Source of the DNA: Anthoceros angustus
Taxonomy: Eukaryota; Plantae; Anthocerotophyta
Assembly: GCA_010909165.1 (NCBI GenBank)
Contig: MU008183.1
Location: forward strand, 186,001-250,000
Length of the DNA stretch: 64,000 bases
Reading direction: 5' to 3'
In this document: positions 24,095 through 37,038 of the stretch, in pieces
Numbering within the stretch: position 1 is the stretch's first letter
Layout: the number at the start of each line of letters is the position of its first letter
Made by a program: the position numbers and the translations under genes
Notes under the pieces: generated by a model
The model's input: only the letters and a program-made list of their open reading frames with translations
Database searches by the model: none
What the model was told of the DNA's origin: nothing

Positions 24095-24780
24095 GAAAGT
24101 GAAACCATGATTTTAATTTCAAATGTGTGTTTCTGTAATCAAAAAAGTGAAACCAGATTTTCATTTCAATTGCATGTTACTGAAACGAAAGTGAAACCAT
24201 GACTTTAATTTTAATTTTAATCATGATTTTAGTTTTTTCTTTACTTATATGCAATAGCAGTTTCTTTGGAGGACGGTTTGACAGTCTTTGATTAAAGTTT
24301 CTTTGGAGGATGGCGTTGAAGAGTTTTTCTTGAGACTATCCTATCGTAGCAAGGAGGGTGGTCTTAACATCTCTAATTAGAGTTCTTTTGGAGGGTTTAG
24401 AGTTTTAATTATTTTAATGAATTTCAATTGCATGTTTCTGTAACGAAAAAAGTGAAACCAGATTTTCATTTCAATTGCGTGTTTCTGAAACAAAAGTGAA
24501 ACCATGATTTTAATTTTAATATAAACCACAATTTTAGTTTTTCTTTACTTGCTATCTGCGATTGCAGTTCCATTGGAGGACGGTCTTCACAGTCTTTGAT
24601 TAGAGTTTCTTTAGAGGATATTTTTGAAGAGTTTTGTCGAGACCTATCCTATCATAGCTAGGAGGGTGGTCTTGATAGTTTTTTATTAGAGTTTCTTTCG
24701 AGGATGGTTTTGAAGAGTTTTGTTGAGACTATCCTATCGCAGCTAGGAGGGTGGTCTTGACATCTCCAATAAGAATTCCT
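24095..24780. repeat. AT-rich degenerate tandem array (~340-bp higher-order unit)
   Basis: aaagtgaaacca recurs four times, and gactatcctatc.tagc.aggagggtggtctt recurs at ~24333, ~24641 and ~24728. Confidence 0.75.
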
Positions 24781-25529
24781 TTGGAGGATGATCTTGAAGA
24801 GTTTTGTAGAGATTTTTTTCTAATAGCTGAGGTACTCTGGGTTTGGCCTGCTCATATTTGTTCTCTTCTTCATAATCTAAACTATATTCACTTTTTCACT
24901 CCTTCTCCTTGCCATCTTCAATTGGTACTTCAAACTTTAATCTTCAAAGTTTTTAAAGAAGTTTAGAATAAACGCAAGGAATGTCTGAGTATGAAAAGAA
25001 ACTTTAAAAATAGGTACATAAAATGTTGAAATACTGGGTTGGAATGGAAGAAGTTTGCAAGTAAAGAGAACTTGAGAAAAAACATAAGGAATATGGGAGG
25101 AACTTGCAAGTGTGAGGAAAGTTGCGAGCACGCAGTGTTAGTGGAGGCATATTAACTTGTTCCAAGGAAGTAGTCTAACATGATTACCTGAGGGGCACTA
25201 TTGTCTTTGGGGGCAGGTGGAGCAAGGAACACATGTCTGCTAGCTTAGGAAACCTTTGAAAAACATAAGCGTAAAAATGCAGGGGGATACCCTCGAGCGC
25301 GGAACCTAAATGATAAAAGGAAGTCCTAACAGAAAGATAATCGGAAAAGGAACTCTCGCGAACTACATACTTCTGGAGCTCACTGACTGCGTCAGTTCAG
25401 GCAGCGGAGGCCTCATCCTTGACCCTGCGCCTACTACTAAAGAAGCTATAGGACCTGCGCCTACTACTGAAGAAGCCCCACGACCTATGCCTACTACTGT
25501 CTCGAAAGAGAATCTAGAAAAAAGATAGA

Positions 25530-27200
25530 AAAAACCAAAGTTGTTTAGGCCTAAGGGAGAGCATTTATTGCCGCTGCTCATGCTCTTGGAAAGACTTAGA
25601 CTTGTACTTGAGCACCATTTCATTAATTGCCCACCTGAATTCCTCCTCAAAATCAGCAAGCGACATACTACCATGTCTACCAGTGAATACATCATTCTTG
25701 CTAGGAGCTGGTTCATACTCCATCCTGGCACCACCACAGTTCTCTTCAAAATCAATGGATCTAATAGGAGTGTGACTCCACTCAAACTAACCACCTATCC
25801 TACGAACTGAAGGAAGTTGGGTGACAGGACTGTGGGCTTTCGGTATCGGGGTGCTCTCGTTTGTCCAACCCGACCGCAGAAACACCATCACTTTCAATCC
25901 CTCCCTCTGCGAGAGACTATGTATGGCATTTCGTCAAAGTTGGTGTCAGTTCTTTCCTGAGTCTAATCCCCCAGCCATGCCAGCTTGTCAATCACCTCAC
26001 TCCAGAGCATTTGCCACAAATCTGTCGGTTCCAGTTCCGCTAGATTGGCCCACTCTTGAATAGATCTGCCTGCATAAAACAGCAGTGAATAATCCAAAGT
26101 TCTTTCACTGTAATTCACCATGGACTTATCTGTGTGGTTCACCGTTTCTGCTTCACCGATTCTGCGTCCTCTTCTCAGCCCTCTGCTCGAATCTTGAGCT
26201 GCTCTTTTGAGCCCTTCAAGTCACGTTGCTGTTCTTGTGCGGCTTCGTCAGCAGGGATTGTTGATGTGCAAAAATCCACTCTTTAAGTGGTCACCGTCTC
26301 CTACACACATCACTGCTGAAAATCGCACACAAGACGTTTGTGAGAGTGCTTGGGATATGTATGGCTGTTCTCATGAACCAGACATCAACAATCCGCAGTC
26401 AATGACGAATTGCCTACCTTTGTAGCCTCCACCGCCGCCAGTCTTAATCACCGGCCCGGATTCCGAAGAGCCATGTGCGCGCCCGGAGAGATCTTCGTCG
26501 CTGAGTCTTAATTGCGCTTGTCCTCGTTCCGCATGCATCGCTCATGATGCCATGATGTCCATCCCACACATACATACATGCTGCCCATCATGCCATCACA
26601 TCCAAATCATATGTATGCACTTATGACCTAGCCATCATATATTGCCTCTCCTCACATACTCATACTGGTAGCCCTCACACACACTCACCTGGACACACAC
26701 ACGCTCATCGTCACACCCTACACACTGCTTGATTGTCTTGACCTCTACATGCCATGACATGGGCAACGAGTCCATAGTAGAGAGTTTGGGCGGTGGTATG
26801 GCTAAGTCCGGGGTTGCAGCCTCCGGCCGTTGACGTTGCATAGGGTGGTTCGTACCCCCGTTCGATTCGTAAACTATGTCGGGCCAAGGATCGGAGCGCT
26901 TGACCGCCTATTAGAGCGGATCGTAAGGGGATCGAGGTCCGCTACACACCCTCAGGGTTGAGGGAGTCCGGCGGCGGGGTTTGGCTAACGATAAACGGCC
27001 TAGATTAGCTAGGAGCTCGGAGTGGGTAATTAATAAGCGGACGGTGCGAAACATTCCCTTGGGATCGAACCTTCTACTACACGATACGGGATTCAGTGTG
27101 CGCCCGGCTGGTCCGTTAGTAAAAGTCTGCCCACACATGCTTGTTTCCAGAACGCGTCTCCGGCATGTCTCACATGAGGTCCACACTCCACTTGTAGAAG
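25530..27200 (-). mobile_element. Probable LTR/leader and degenerate gag-like region of a Ty3/gypsy element
   Basis: Stop-interrupted minus-strand frames (IQEWANLAELEPTDLWQMLW; FTGRHGSMSLADFEEEFRWAINEMVLK) follow a non-coding LTR-like tract ending ...GGAGGCTACA at ~26421. The gag assignment is a judgement of resemblance only. Confidence 0.45.
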
Positions 27201-27205
27201 AGTCA

Positions 27206-28800
27206 TCAGATCGGTAGATAGTGAAGCACAACATCATTGGTTGTGAACCTTGCCATCACTCGGTCGCACACTCTGCATTCACTAACCAGCCTCTCCACAT
27301 CTCCATACATCCTTGCCCAAAAGTGTGTGGGCCTTAGCATGCTGTAGGTGCGCTTGGCACCAAAATGCCATAAGCCTTTATGCACCTGGGTGATGAGTCT
27401 CACCTGGTCCTCCGGCTTGGGTACAATTTCATCTCCCACAGAATCACAGACATACATTATGTCCTCCTTCCAATAGCACCCTATGTTCTCTCATAGCTTG
27501 GCCTGCTTCCAAGGTGACTCCTTCTTCAACTCCATGAAAGCTGACTCCTCCTCTTGAGTCCAAAGCCAAGTCACCAACTTCTTCAACAGGTCGTTCAATG
27601 GCGGGAATCCTGCTCGTTTGCAGAATGAACTTCTTGTAGTATCCTGCCAACCCCAAGAATGCCCTCAACTTCCAGATTTCAATTTCCTCTGCAAATCGAC
27701 TCTTCCCTAGATGGGCCTTCAACCCACTCGCAGCTAGTCTAGCTAAGACTGCCCGAAGATGTTGCAGATGCTCCTCAGAGGTATTGTTGAAGATGGTGAC
27801 ATCATCAATATAACACTTAGTGAAAGAAAAGTCCTTGAGGTCATTGTCCATGTAGCTTTGGAACTGAGTTGGCGATGTCTTCAACCCAAATGGCATGTAG
27901 TTCCACTCGTACAGGCAATCTCTGCCCTAGAACGTCGTTTTCTTCTTGTCTTCTTCAGCGATCTCCACTCTGTGAAACCCTACCCTCAAGTCCAATGTTG
28001 AGAAGAACTTGGCAGGCCCAATGATATCGAAGGTCTCTTTGGCCGTCGGCATGGGATAGTGGTCATGTGGGATTAGCTTGTTGAACGGGCGATAGTCACC
28101 ACACATTCTCCTCTTCATCCACAGTCCATTCTCATCCTTCTTTTTCGGAAGTACTGTTGTAGTTGTATACTAAGAATTAGATCGTTGAATCAGCCCTAGC
28201 TTAATAAGCTCTTAGCATCGATTGTCAACCAAGACCTTGGGACTTTGGCCTCCCCTTTGGCCTTGGTCCCTTCTCTTAGCCTCAAGCCTTGGGACTTGGG
28301 ACTTGGAACTTGGGACTTGGGCCTCTTAAGGTGACTTCCTTTTGCCCTAACATTGGGCACACTCTTCAAGCTTCACCTTGGCTTCAGAGCGTCCCTTACC
28401 TAATTGTCTAACGAGCTAAGCATAGCCTACCATCACCTTAGCATGCCTAGCAGGCCTAGCACACTAAGCCTAGCACGGCCTAGCATTGCCTAGCACATCT
28501 AGCACGCTTAGCAAGCCTAGCGCATTAAGCCTTGCGTGGCCTAGCATCACCTAACTTGCCTAACAAGCTTATCAATCCTAGCATGCCTATCTAGCATACA
28601 CAAGAGATCATAGGTTGTAACAACAGTTATGATATCAATCCTAGCACGCCTATCTAGCATACAGAAGAGATCATAGGTTGTAACAACAGTTATGATCTGA
28701 ACTTGTCCTTTGTGAAAGAGTCTATATATACTAGACCTCGGGATCGGCAAATTCCTAAGATATCCTATTGGCATCAACTCATGCCGGAAATATCATAAGA
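27206..28800 (-). mobile_element. Degenerate, internally deleted Ty3/gypsy pol (RT, RT-RNase H connection, integrase H2C2 zinc-binding region)
   Basis: RMCGDYRPFNKL...DHYPMP, FSTLDLRVGFH, MPFGLK, CYIDDV, LRAFLGLAGYYKKFI, and VHKGLWHFG...LVSECRVC. RT-then-INT order is gypsy-type. (cctagca)n low-complexity sequence and a 63-bp tandem duplication lie at 28430-28700. Confidence 0.9.
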
Positions 28801-29085
28801 ATACAGTATAATATGCAAGGAATATGCTAAAACATATTACTTGTGCTCATCCACTTAGTTATTGGTAACAATATTTAATTAACACTAATCATTGTTTAAT
28901 TAATGTAAGTATATTAGATTAATTAATACTAATTACTTACTCAAAGATAGGTAATTTGAATAATTAACGCTAATCAATCACTAAACCCAAATCAAACACT
29001 AAACCCAAACATTGGTGTCACACGGCATGACAACAATGAGATTCGATCCCATACCTTTTGAGATTCAATCCCATACCTTTTGTCA

Positions 29086-32000
29086 TGAAGGATCGTGGGG
29101 CAGCCATGCTGGTGGAAGGAGGAGAGGAGAGGAGGAGGCAAGAGTAGCTCTCTCACATTGAGATGAGGCTTGGAGGGTATTTATACCCTCAAGGCTCTAG
29201 GAAGCTCCACAAGAAGCTCCTAGGAAGGAGCACAAGAAGCTTCCTAGTGATTAGCTTTGCTAAACTAATGATACTTAATCGACACCTAACTTAGACTAAG
29301 TGTATTAGTCTAAGTACATTGAGCTTTAATACCCTTACAACCTCCCACTTAAAGGCCAATTTACCTTCAGAGGAGAATGGACTATCTCATGCCCATCGAT
29401 GTCAGAGCTTGTGCAAATTGCTCGTAGAGAGTCCCTTGGTAAGAATATCTGCGGGGTTACTGGTGTGAACCTTGACAAGTTGTACCCTCTTGTCGTCCAA
29501 CACCTCTCGAATGAAGTGATACTTCACATCCACATGTTTAGTCTTCGCATGAAACATCGGATTCTTTGCCAATTGGATAGCACTGCTATCACAATGCAAC
29601 ACCGGCAACTCAACCTTGATCCCCAAGTCTCCCACTAAGCAGGCAAGCCATATGGCTTCCTTGCAAGCCTCGATTCTTTGCAACATACTCGGCCTCTGTG
29701 GTAGATAGCGTAATGCATAAAGCGAGATCGCCATGAGGCGCCCCTCCGGTGCGTGAAGACATAACGATGTGGACCTCCTTTTGTCCATATCCCTGCATAA
29801 TCGACATCATGTACCCAACCACACATGCATCTTCACTACCAAAACATATGCACAAAGCTTTTGTACCATTCGGATACCTCATAACTCCTTTTCGCCTCCC
29901 AATGCTTCTTGCGGGGTTTGACATAAACACACTAACCACTCCCACCGCAAAGGCAATGTCGGGCGTGTAGCAATCATTGCATACATCAAACTCCCTACGG
30001 TGATGAGTATGGGACCTTCTCCATTTCGACTTTGTCCTCCTCGAGCTTGGGCAATCCGCGCTTGAAAGTTTCACATATGGAGGCAATGGGTACCCAATGG
30101 CTTCCCTTCTCCATGTTGAAGCGTTGAAGCACCATTAATGTATTAAAATGCGAGACAAATAAAGCGGGGCGCTTATATGCATTGAATCGCATGCCAAGTA
30201 TATGGCTCGCCTCTCCCAAGTCTGTCATTTCAAAGTGAGCATTCAACTTTGACTTCAACGAAATCTCATCGATCTTGTTCGACAATTAGCATATCATCCA
30301 CATAGAGGATCAAAATGAGCAAGCTTTGATCCTTAGCTTGCTTCGTATAGAGGCAATGATCCTCATCGCTCGTTTGTAGCCTTGAGAAAGCATAAATGAG
30401 TGGAACTTGTGATACCACTCTCGGGTGCTGTTTCAAACCATAAAGGCTCTTCCTCAACCTCGCACACCGATGCTCTTTGCCCTTCTCAACAAAACCTTGG
30501 TTCTTTGCATGTAGACGTCCTCTTGAAGGTCACCATGCAAGAATGCCGTCTTGACATCCATCCGCATAAGTTCCATATCATTCACAGCAACCAAAGCAAG
30601 AACACATCGCAAAGTTGTCATTTTGACTCGGTGAGAAAATCTCATCAAAGTCAATGCACGGTTGTTGCTTGAAACCCTTAGCAACCAATCGTGCCTTGTA
30701 CTTTGGTTTGCCATCATGAGGTATGACCTTCATCTTGTACACCCATTTGCACGGTAGTGCCTTCTTATCCTTAGGCAACGGAACCAACTCCCAAGTTTGG
30801 TTCTTATGCGGCAAATTCATTTCTGACTGCATGGCCTTCTCCCACTTCTGTTTGTTACTCGTTGACATGGCCTCTTTGTAAGAAGAGGGTTCCCCACAAT
30901 CTGTCAGCATAACATAATCCAGAGATGGATCATACATCGGAGGCGTGTAATCTGCTGACCTCGGCACGAGGCACCTCTATAGGAGCTTGCTAGATCTACT
31001 ATCATGCTAACATTGTCAAAAACAGTGTACTTCAATGTGAAAGATAAGACCACGAGTTACGGTGTGGCGGTATGTGACTGTATGAGAAGCAAAGTGCGGC
31101 TTCTCGGTGTATTGGTTGAAACGGTGGTGGACTTGAAGATGAAGGAAGGGACGAGGATGTCCGATCATCGAATGATTTCAATACCATTTTCAGCCGACTC
31201 TCATCTCAAGGTATCACGTTCCCAGTTAGTGAGAGCTATGTTTATTGGTCACATTACGGAGAGTTGGGATACCTGCAGCCTTGAGTACTCGCCTCGCTAG
31301 TGGTCTTACCATTGTAAATGTAGAAGGCCGTTAACCGAGGAGGTGAACAGAAAACATGGAACCTTCCAAAGGTTCCAAAGGTTCTCATAGTGAGAGGGAG
31401 GTCCACCGCGAAGGAAGGACGAAGCTTCTCTCGTAGCAAATCTCGTAGTCGTAACAAGAATGTGGAGTGTCACTATTGTCACAAAGGGTCACTTCAAAGA
31501 GAGTGCGAGAAGTTCAAAAGGACCAAGGAAAAGAGAAGAAGCGGGGCGACAAGAAGGCGACTTCGTCAGTTGGAAGAGTTAAACTACTGTTGAGGACGGA
31601 GATGTCCTTATCTCTTCTTACTTGAATGTCGCATACCAAACCGTGGATAGTCATTTATTCGCAATTGGATAATTGACTCGTGCATCTTTCCATGTTACTC
31701 CTCATAGAGTGGTTTAACACGATGATGCTACAAGGAAAGGATGCGTTAGGCTTGGAAATAACTATGCATGCGGATCGCGGGCGTGGGTGATGTGCAACTC
31801 AAGTTTGACAACGGATCTTCATTCATGTCAAGGACGTTAGGCATGTTCAAGTTGACAAAGAGCATGATTAGCGCGGGGCGGTTGGATGATCTTTGGTTAC
31901 CACTTCTTTGGTTTGGGGATCACTCTTGGAAGATCTCCAAAGGTTCTCTTGTGTTAGCTCGTGGATCGAAGTGTGGCACTTTGTACTCACTTGTGTAAAC

Positions 32001-32896
32001 ACTGCCAAAGATCATGTGATCGTGACGAGCGACCAAATGTTTCCTTGTGGCATTGCGGTTAGGACATATGTCTCAAGGGAATGAAGGTTTTATCTCGTTC
32101 TGGTTATATCCCTGTTCTTAACTTCTCTGATCTCTCGATGTGTGAGCACTGTTTATATGGGAAACAGACAAAATCATCACATCGAACACGAGGTAAAAGT
32201 AGGAGTAAACCTCTTGAGTTGGTTCACAGTGATGTATGTGGACCTATGCCTACTGCATCATTAGGCGGTGCCTCCTATTTTGTCACTTTCATAGATGATT
32301 TCTCACGCAAGGTGTGGGTTTATCCTTTGAGGAAAAAGGATGAAGTTCTGACGGTGTTTCAGAAATTTGTCACCCTTGTAGAGAATCCCCGCCACCGATT
32401 GAAGTGTCTAAGGGGCGGATAATGGTGGCGAGTATGTTCGAAAGCTTTCCATTCTGTGATTCCAAGGGAATCAAAAGAGAATTGATCACCAGATACTCCT
32501 CCACAAAATGGTGTGGCCGAGCGGATGAATGTAACCATTCAGAGAGGATGCGTAGTTTGTTGTCAAACTCGATTGCCTAATGGGTTTTGGCGTGGTTCAT
32601 CTGCTCCATCTTATTAACAGATCTCCTAATAAGGCTGTTGATGAGCTCTGATACCAGTTGAAGGATCGTGGGGCAGCCATGCTGGTGGAAGGAGGAGAGG
32701 AGAGGAGGAGGCAAGAGTAGCTCTCTCACATTGAGATGAGGCTTGGAGGGTATTTATACCCTCCAAGAAGGCTCCCTAGGAAGCTCCACAAGAAGCTTCC
32801 TAGTGATTAGCTTTTGCTAAACTAATGATACTTAACTGACACCTAACTTAGACTAAGTGTATTAGTCTAAGTATATTGGGCTTTAATACCCTTACA
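29086..32896 (-). mobile_element. Ty1/copia LTR retrotransposon with both LTRs, PBS, PPT and 5-bp TSD (TGTCA); internal gag-PR-INT block inverted
   Basis: LTRs TG...CA at 29086-29339 and 32659-32896. TGTCA at 29081-29085 and 32897-32901. PBS TGGTATCAGAGC (minus) at 32645-32656. PPT AAGTGGGAGGT next to 29339. RT/RNase H on minus at 29400-30970 (LKGDLQED-like, LYGLKQ, YVDDML, KHVDVKYHF). gag/zinc knuckle/PR/INT on plus at 30984-32643. Confidence 0.95.
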
Positions 32897-33239
32897 TGTC
32901 ATACATTCTGAATGTTGGCATCTTAGACCAACTAGGCCATGTCAACTCTTACATCTATATATTAAGTTTCCTAGCAATACATTCCAAAACATATACAAAA
33001 ACTATACTATACCTTTATAACAAGGGAGGTTGAACAATATGGATCATAGTTTCTAGTACTGACCACACTAAGGGACGAGGCCCTACAAAGAGCAAGGGTT
33101 ATTTCCAGTGTAATTTTTTTGGCCTTGCATTGAAATCTAAGGAGCTCGAAAAAAACGGCCATTGTCTGAAAGTGCTTTGTCTAAAGGACCGCCCCACAAG
33201 GTACATCTTGCGCCTCTAGGGCGTTATAATGGTACCCAA

Positions 33240-33910
33240 GGAAGGTGGCACTTATGGATCCATATACCATTCCCGTCACCCGCAAGTTTAGGGAAACTTG
33301 TTTGTGACCTTTTTTTTGTTTTGTGCAGAGCTGGCACGCCACCTGGCTCAGGGCACCCAGGTGGAGGTCTAGCTTTGTCCTAGTTTCGTGCATGGAGTCG
33401 GAAGGAGTTACAGCTAGACTTGTCGGCCGCGATGAGCAGTCGCGGCTAGGCCATTCACGACCTGGCCAGGCGTGATCTGCTGTCGTGCTAGGCCACTGAT
33501 GTTGCTCCCTCCCGAACGCCATTCACTACGGTTTTGCCTTCAACGATTGCCTAGGTAACTCAGACACCCCCACACACGGAAACAACAAGTTGGCAGATGT
33601 GTCTCATCCAACACAACAATTGTAACTCAGACACCCCCACACACGGAAACAACAAGTTGGCAGATATGTCTCATCCAACACAGCAATTGTTTGACGAATC
33701 GCTGATACCCCTGCTCAAGTTTTAGCCGAGGCCGTTGGCCACGCCTCGACCTCTGTCCTTCGGAGTCCAGCCTTTGCTCTCTTCGGGCGCTCTTAGGTGG
33801 CGTGCCTCCGAGGGCTCTTTAAATGGTGTGCCACCTCGGCACAAAGGGAAAAACAAGTCACACAAATTTTCTCCGGACGTGGGTGACAAGACTGGTATTC
33901 CATGGGCACT
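33240..33910. mobile_element. Possible non-autonomous foldback (MULE/MITE-like) element with diverged inverted ends
   Basis: ataccattcccgtcacccgc...ttgtttgtgacc...ggcacgccacct (~33263-33345) resembles the reverse complement of ~33795-33900. No TSD was established. Confidence 0.4.
33556..33689. repeat. 67-bp tandem duplication
   Basis: taactcagacacccccacacacggaaacaacaagttggcagat.tgtctcatccaacac.gcaattg occurs twice with two mismatches. Confidence 0.9.
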
Positions 33911-34214
33911 CCTTTGCTTACAGTAATTATTTTAAATATTTCTCATCTGAAATATCCTAAATATATGCCGTGGCACAACTATATGGGATGTTAACAACTT
34001 CCGTCCAGGTTTCCATCCGCATACGCATACCTGCTTAAGCTAGTGATATTCCGGATCGGTATTGCGCTAAAGACAAGCCATAATTTGAAGTATAACAGGA
34101 GTGATTAGTTTCACTAGGTTCGCTTCGATGTCACCGTTGAATACGTGTACTTCGGTAGAAAGAGTTGTCATGCTTACCACACATATCCAACCAAAACAAG
34201 AAATTAGAGACGCG

Positions 34215-35952
34215 TTACCCGTCCTCCGTCCATGTGAATGCCAAGAGTGCGATGCCGAGAGCCATCAACACTATCAAGCTCCCGAACACCCAGGAGGCCC
34301 ATTTGGACACTTGATCGGAGGTGGATCTCTCATCCAGCTTTCTCAAACACGTTCTGATCTGCTCCACATCCCCGTCCTTGGCAGCCTTGACAAAAGACTC
34401 CTCCATTGCTGCGAACCTCTGCAGCCTCACACTCTGCAACTTGTCCTTGTGAGACCACAGGAAGGACGTTGTTCTCCAAAGCAGAATGCCAACGTAGATC
34501 CCAGCCACACAGTCCACACTGTAGTGGTGTCGCTCTCGGATTTCCCGCTGCGAAGAGTGCAAGACTAGAAGCCATATGCACACGGAGTACCATCCGGGAT
34601 ACGCTTCCTGGGCACAAGAGAAGGAAAAAGCAATCGGTTGTGTGTACGGGAGGACAAGCAGCTCTCTGCAGGCTGAGTTGCAGAGACCACAGTTGGACCC
34701 TGAGTAGCATGGCAGGAATTCACATTATTATGAGTGCAAACTGTTGTGAAAGAGAAGATGAAACATTACGTACCGTCCATGCCATAGCCGTGAGCACAGA
34801 GACCAGAATATGACCACTGAAGACCAGGTCATTACAACCTCCACCAGCTCGTTTCAAAGTGCTGAACCAAGATTCTGACTCACCATGAATGGCTGGATCT
34901 GGGGGCCTCAAAATATTCACAAGAAACTGCGCCCCACCCCAGTTTGGAATATACTCGGCTGGATACTCTCCAACGGGAGCTGTCCAGGCCAGGAAGAGTA
35001 ATTAGGGGTTCATGTCTAACGTGAAGAGCAGCCCTGAAATGAAGCCACGCTGAAACAAAGAGGGAAAAAAAGGGCAAAAAAAAGCACGTACAGAACAGAA
35101 AAATGATGACACGAACGAATTCATGCTGAATCTGTTCAGAGACATGGAAGCTACTTGCCATAGCTGTCGTCCAGCCTCAGGAGCTCTCTGACCATGTTGG
35201 GATCGCTGGCGTAGGGCATGTAGTACTTCTGTGCCCAAGGATGTGGATGGCCTGCAGATTTAAATCTGGAGTAAGCACACCAGGGCCGAGCCGAGGGCAA
35301 AATGGTGGCCACAAACGTGGCAACTCGAAGTAGCCGCCCAACACCCATGGTAAACATGTATCTGGCACCTAGCCCCAGTCCCGGTGCCTTCACGCACCCA
35401 AACAGCACAGAAAAGGCGAGCATGAGGAACAGCATGAGGTAGTGGTGAAGCCCGATGATGGGTGCCCGCAGCACCTGCACCACCGCAGCTGGCAGCTTCT
35501 GGTTCAGAGCCAGCAGCAGCCATTGTCCCGTGTCGGGAAGAGGCGCGGCTGTCCTGCACAGTGCACAACGTCCATGCCAGCTGAGACACACACTTCCTTC
35601 CACCACCGAAGATTTTTCAATTCCACTCACCCTACACCCACCAATGCCAATCGACTCCCATCACCACCGTCACAAACTGCACCGCCGTTGCCTCCACGCA
35701 CAGGGCTCCCAGCATGAAGAGCAGCGACGCCAGAAAGGGCACCACGCTCCGTAGCTCCTTCCCCCAGTGCGGGTAAAACGGAGCCCTCGCCAGCAGCGCC
35801 ACCGCCAAAAATCCCCACAGCACAGGCCGCAGCGTGGCATGCAAGCCTGGCCACACCACCCGGCTGTAGTCCCATAGGATGTAACACAGTGCTGCAATCC
35901 CCACAGCGTGCGGGTACGGCCTGGTGAGCCACCATGAATCCCGCTCCACCAT
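34215..35952 (-). CDS. Sphingomyelin-synthase-like / PAP2_C family membrane protein (multi-exon)
   Basis: Motifs DTGQWLLLAL, RYMFTMGVGRLLRVATFVATILPSARPWC, GGGCNDLVFSGH, and EIRERHHYSVDC (PAP2 catalytic His/Asp motifs), spread over GT-AG-separated exons. Confidence 0.88.
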
Positions 35953-37038
35953 CGCCCTCTCCTCTGCCCTGCTCACACCCGCTCCATCCCCTCCCCCTCG
36001 TCCTCAGCTTGAGATCTGCTGGGAAGCATGCGATCTGCCCCTCTCACACAGATCCAGCTCCCGCTAAGCAAACACAAATCTCTGAGACGAATTTCATGGA
36101 TTCAAAGCCTGCAGCAGCTCGAGTTCTGCGTTTCCGACTCGTAAGAGTCCTGAATCAAACCAGCTCCAGCTCCAAAGGACTGGCTTGATCTGTCCAAGCT
36201 TCTGCGACCCCACTCGACACTTTGGCCTGCATGAATGTCTGTAGGTTGGAAGACGGAAGGTCGAGCATTAAACCCAAATTAGTCAATATCCTCCGCACGA
36301 CTGTACATAATTAATGTGCGCCCTGCTATCAACTATCAAACCTGCGCTCTGCTTGGAATACAGGTTTAGCTGTTGACGCCATCCTCGCCAACCAAGGGTG
36401 GTTCATGAGAGATTGGAGGAGTCGGTAGAGAGGGGATGTCCAAGTATGGACTCCATGAAAAATTGGCATGGTGGAGGCGGGCCCAAAAACCTGCCCATAT
36501 AATATTTTCTATCAGCCGTAGTTCGTGCACCCGTGACCGTAACCGGCGTTTTGTTCACTCGGGTGGTACGTCCCCAGGTACGCTACCTGCCCGGGTAGGC
36601 TAACCGTCGAGCATTTTCTGGCGACTGGAGCGTCATCGCCTTCGAGCTGGGGGCTGCGGGGCGCTGCGGTGTGGATTTGTGACGCGATGGTTGATGAGAG
36701 GCAGCGTTTGTTGTGATCCAGAGATGTTACGGTAGACATGTGAGGTGGAGTTGGGGAAAGCTGCGGATCGTGATCCTAGGGCAAGTTTGGAGCTCGTGGG
36801 AGAGAGTTCTGAGGATTGGATTGGAGTCTGTGTGGGATGAAGCACTGTGTCGTGGAGGATTTCTGCAGGAGAATTGAAGGCACAGGAGCAGGATTTGGGC
36901 ATGGGTGCAGGTTTGGTTTTGTGCGGTTTGTATGTTTGGGGTTAGGGTTTTTGGATGGACGGAGATGGGGTTTTGGTTGTTTGAGTGAGTGACGGGGTGC
37001 GGGAGTGCGTGAGAGCTGGAGTTGGCGGAGGACTGAGC

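Noticed and set aside
27055-27080. GGTTCGATCCC T-loop-like motif on the minus strand
   Set aside because: No cloverleaf; lies inside the retroelement-derived tract.
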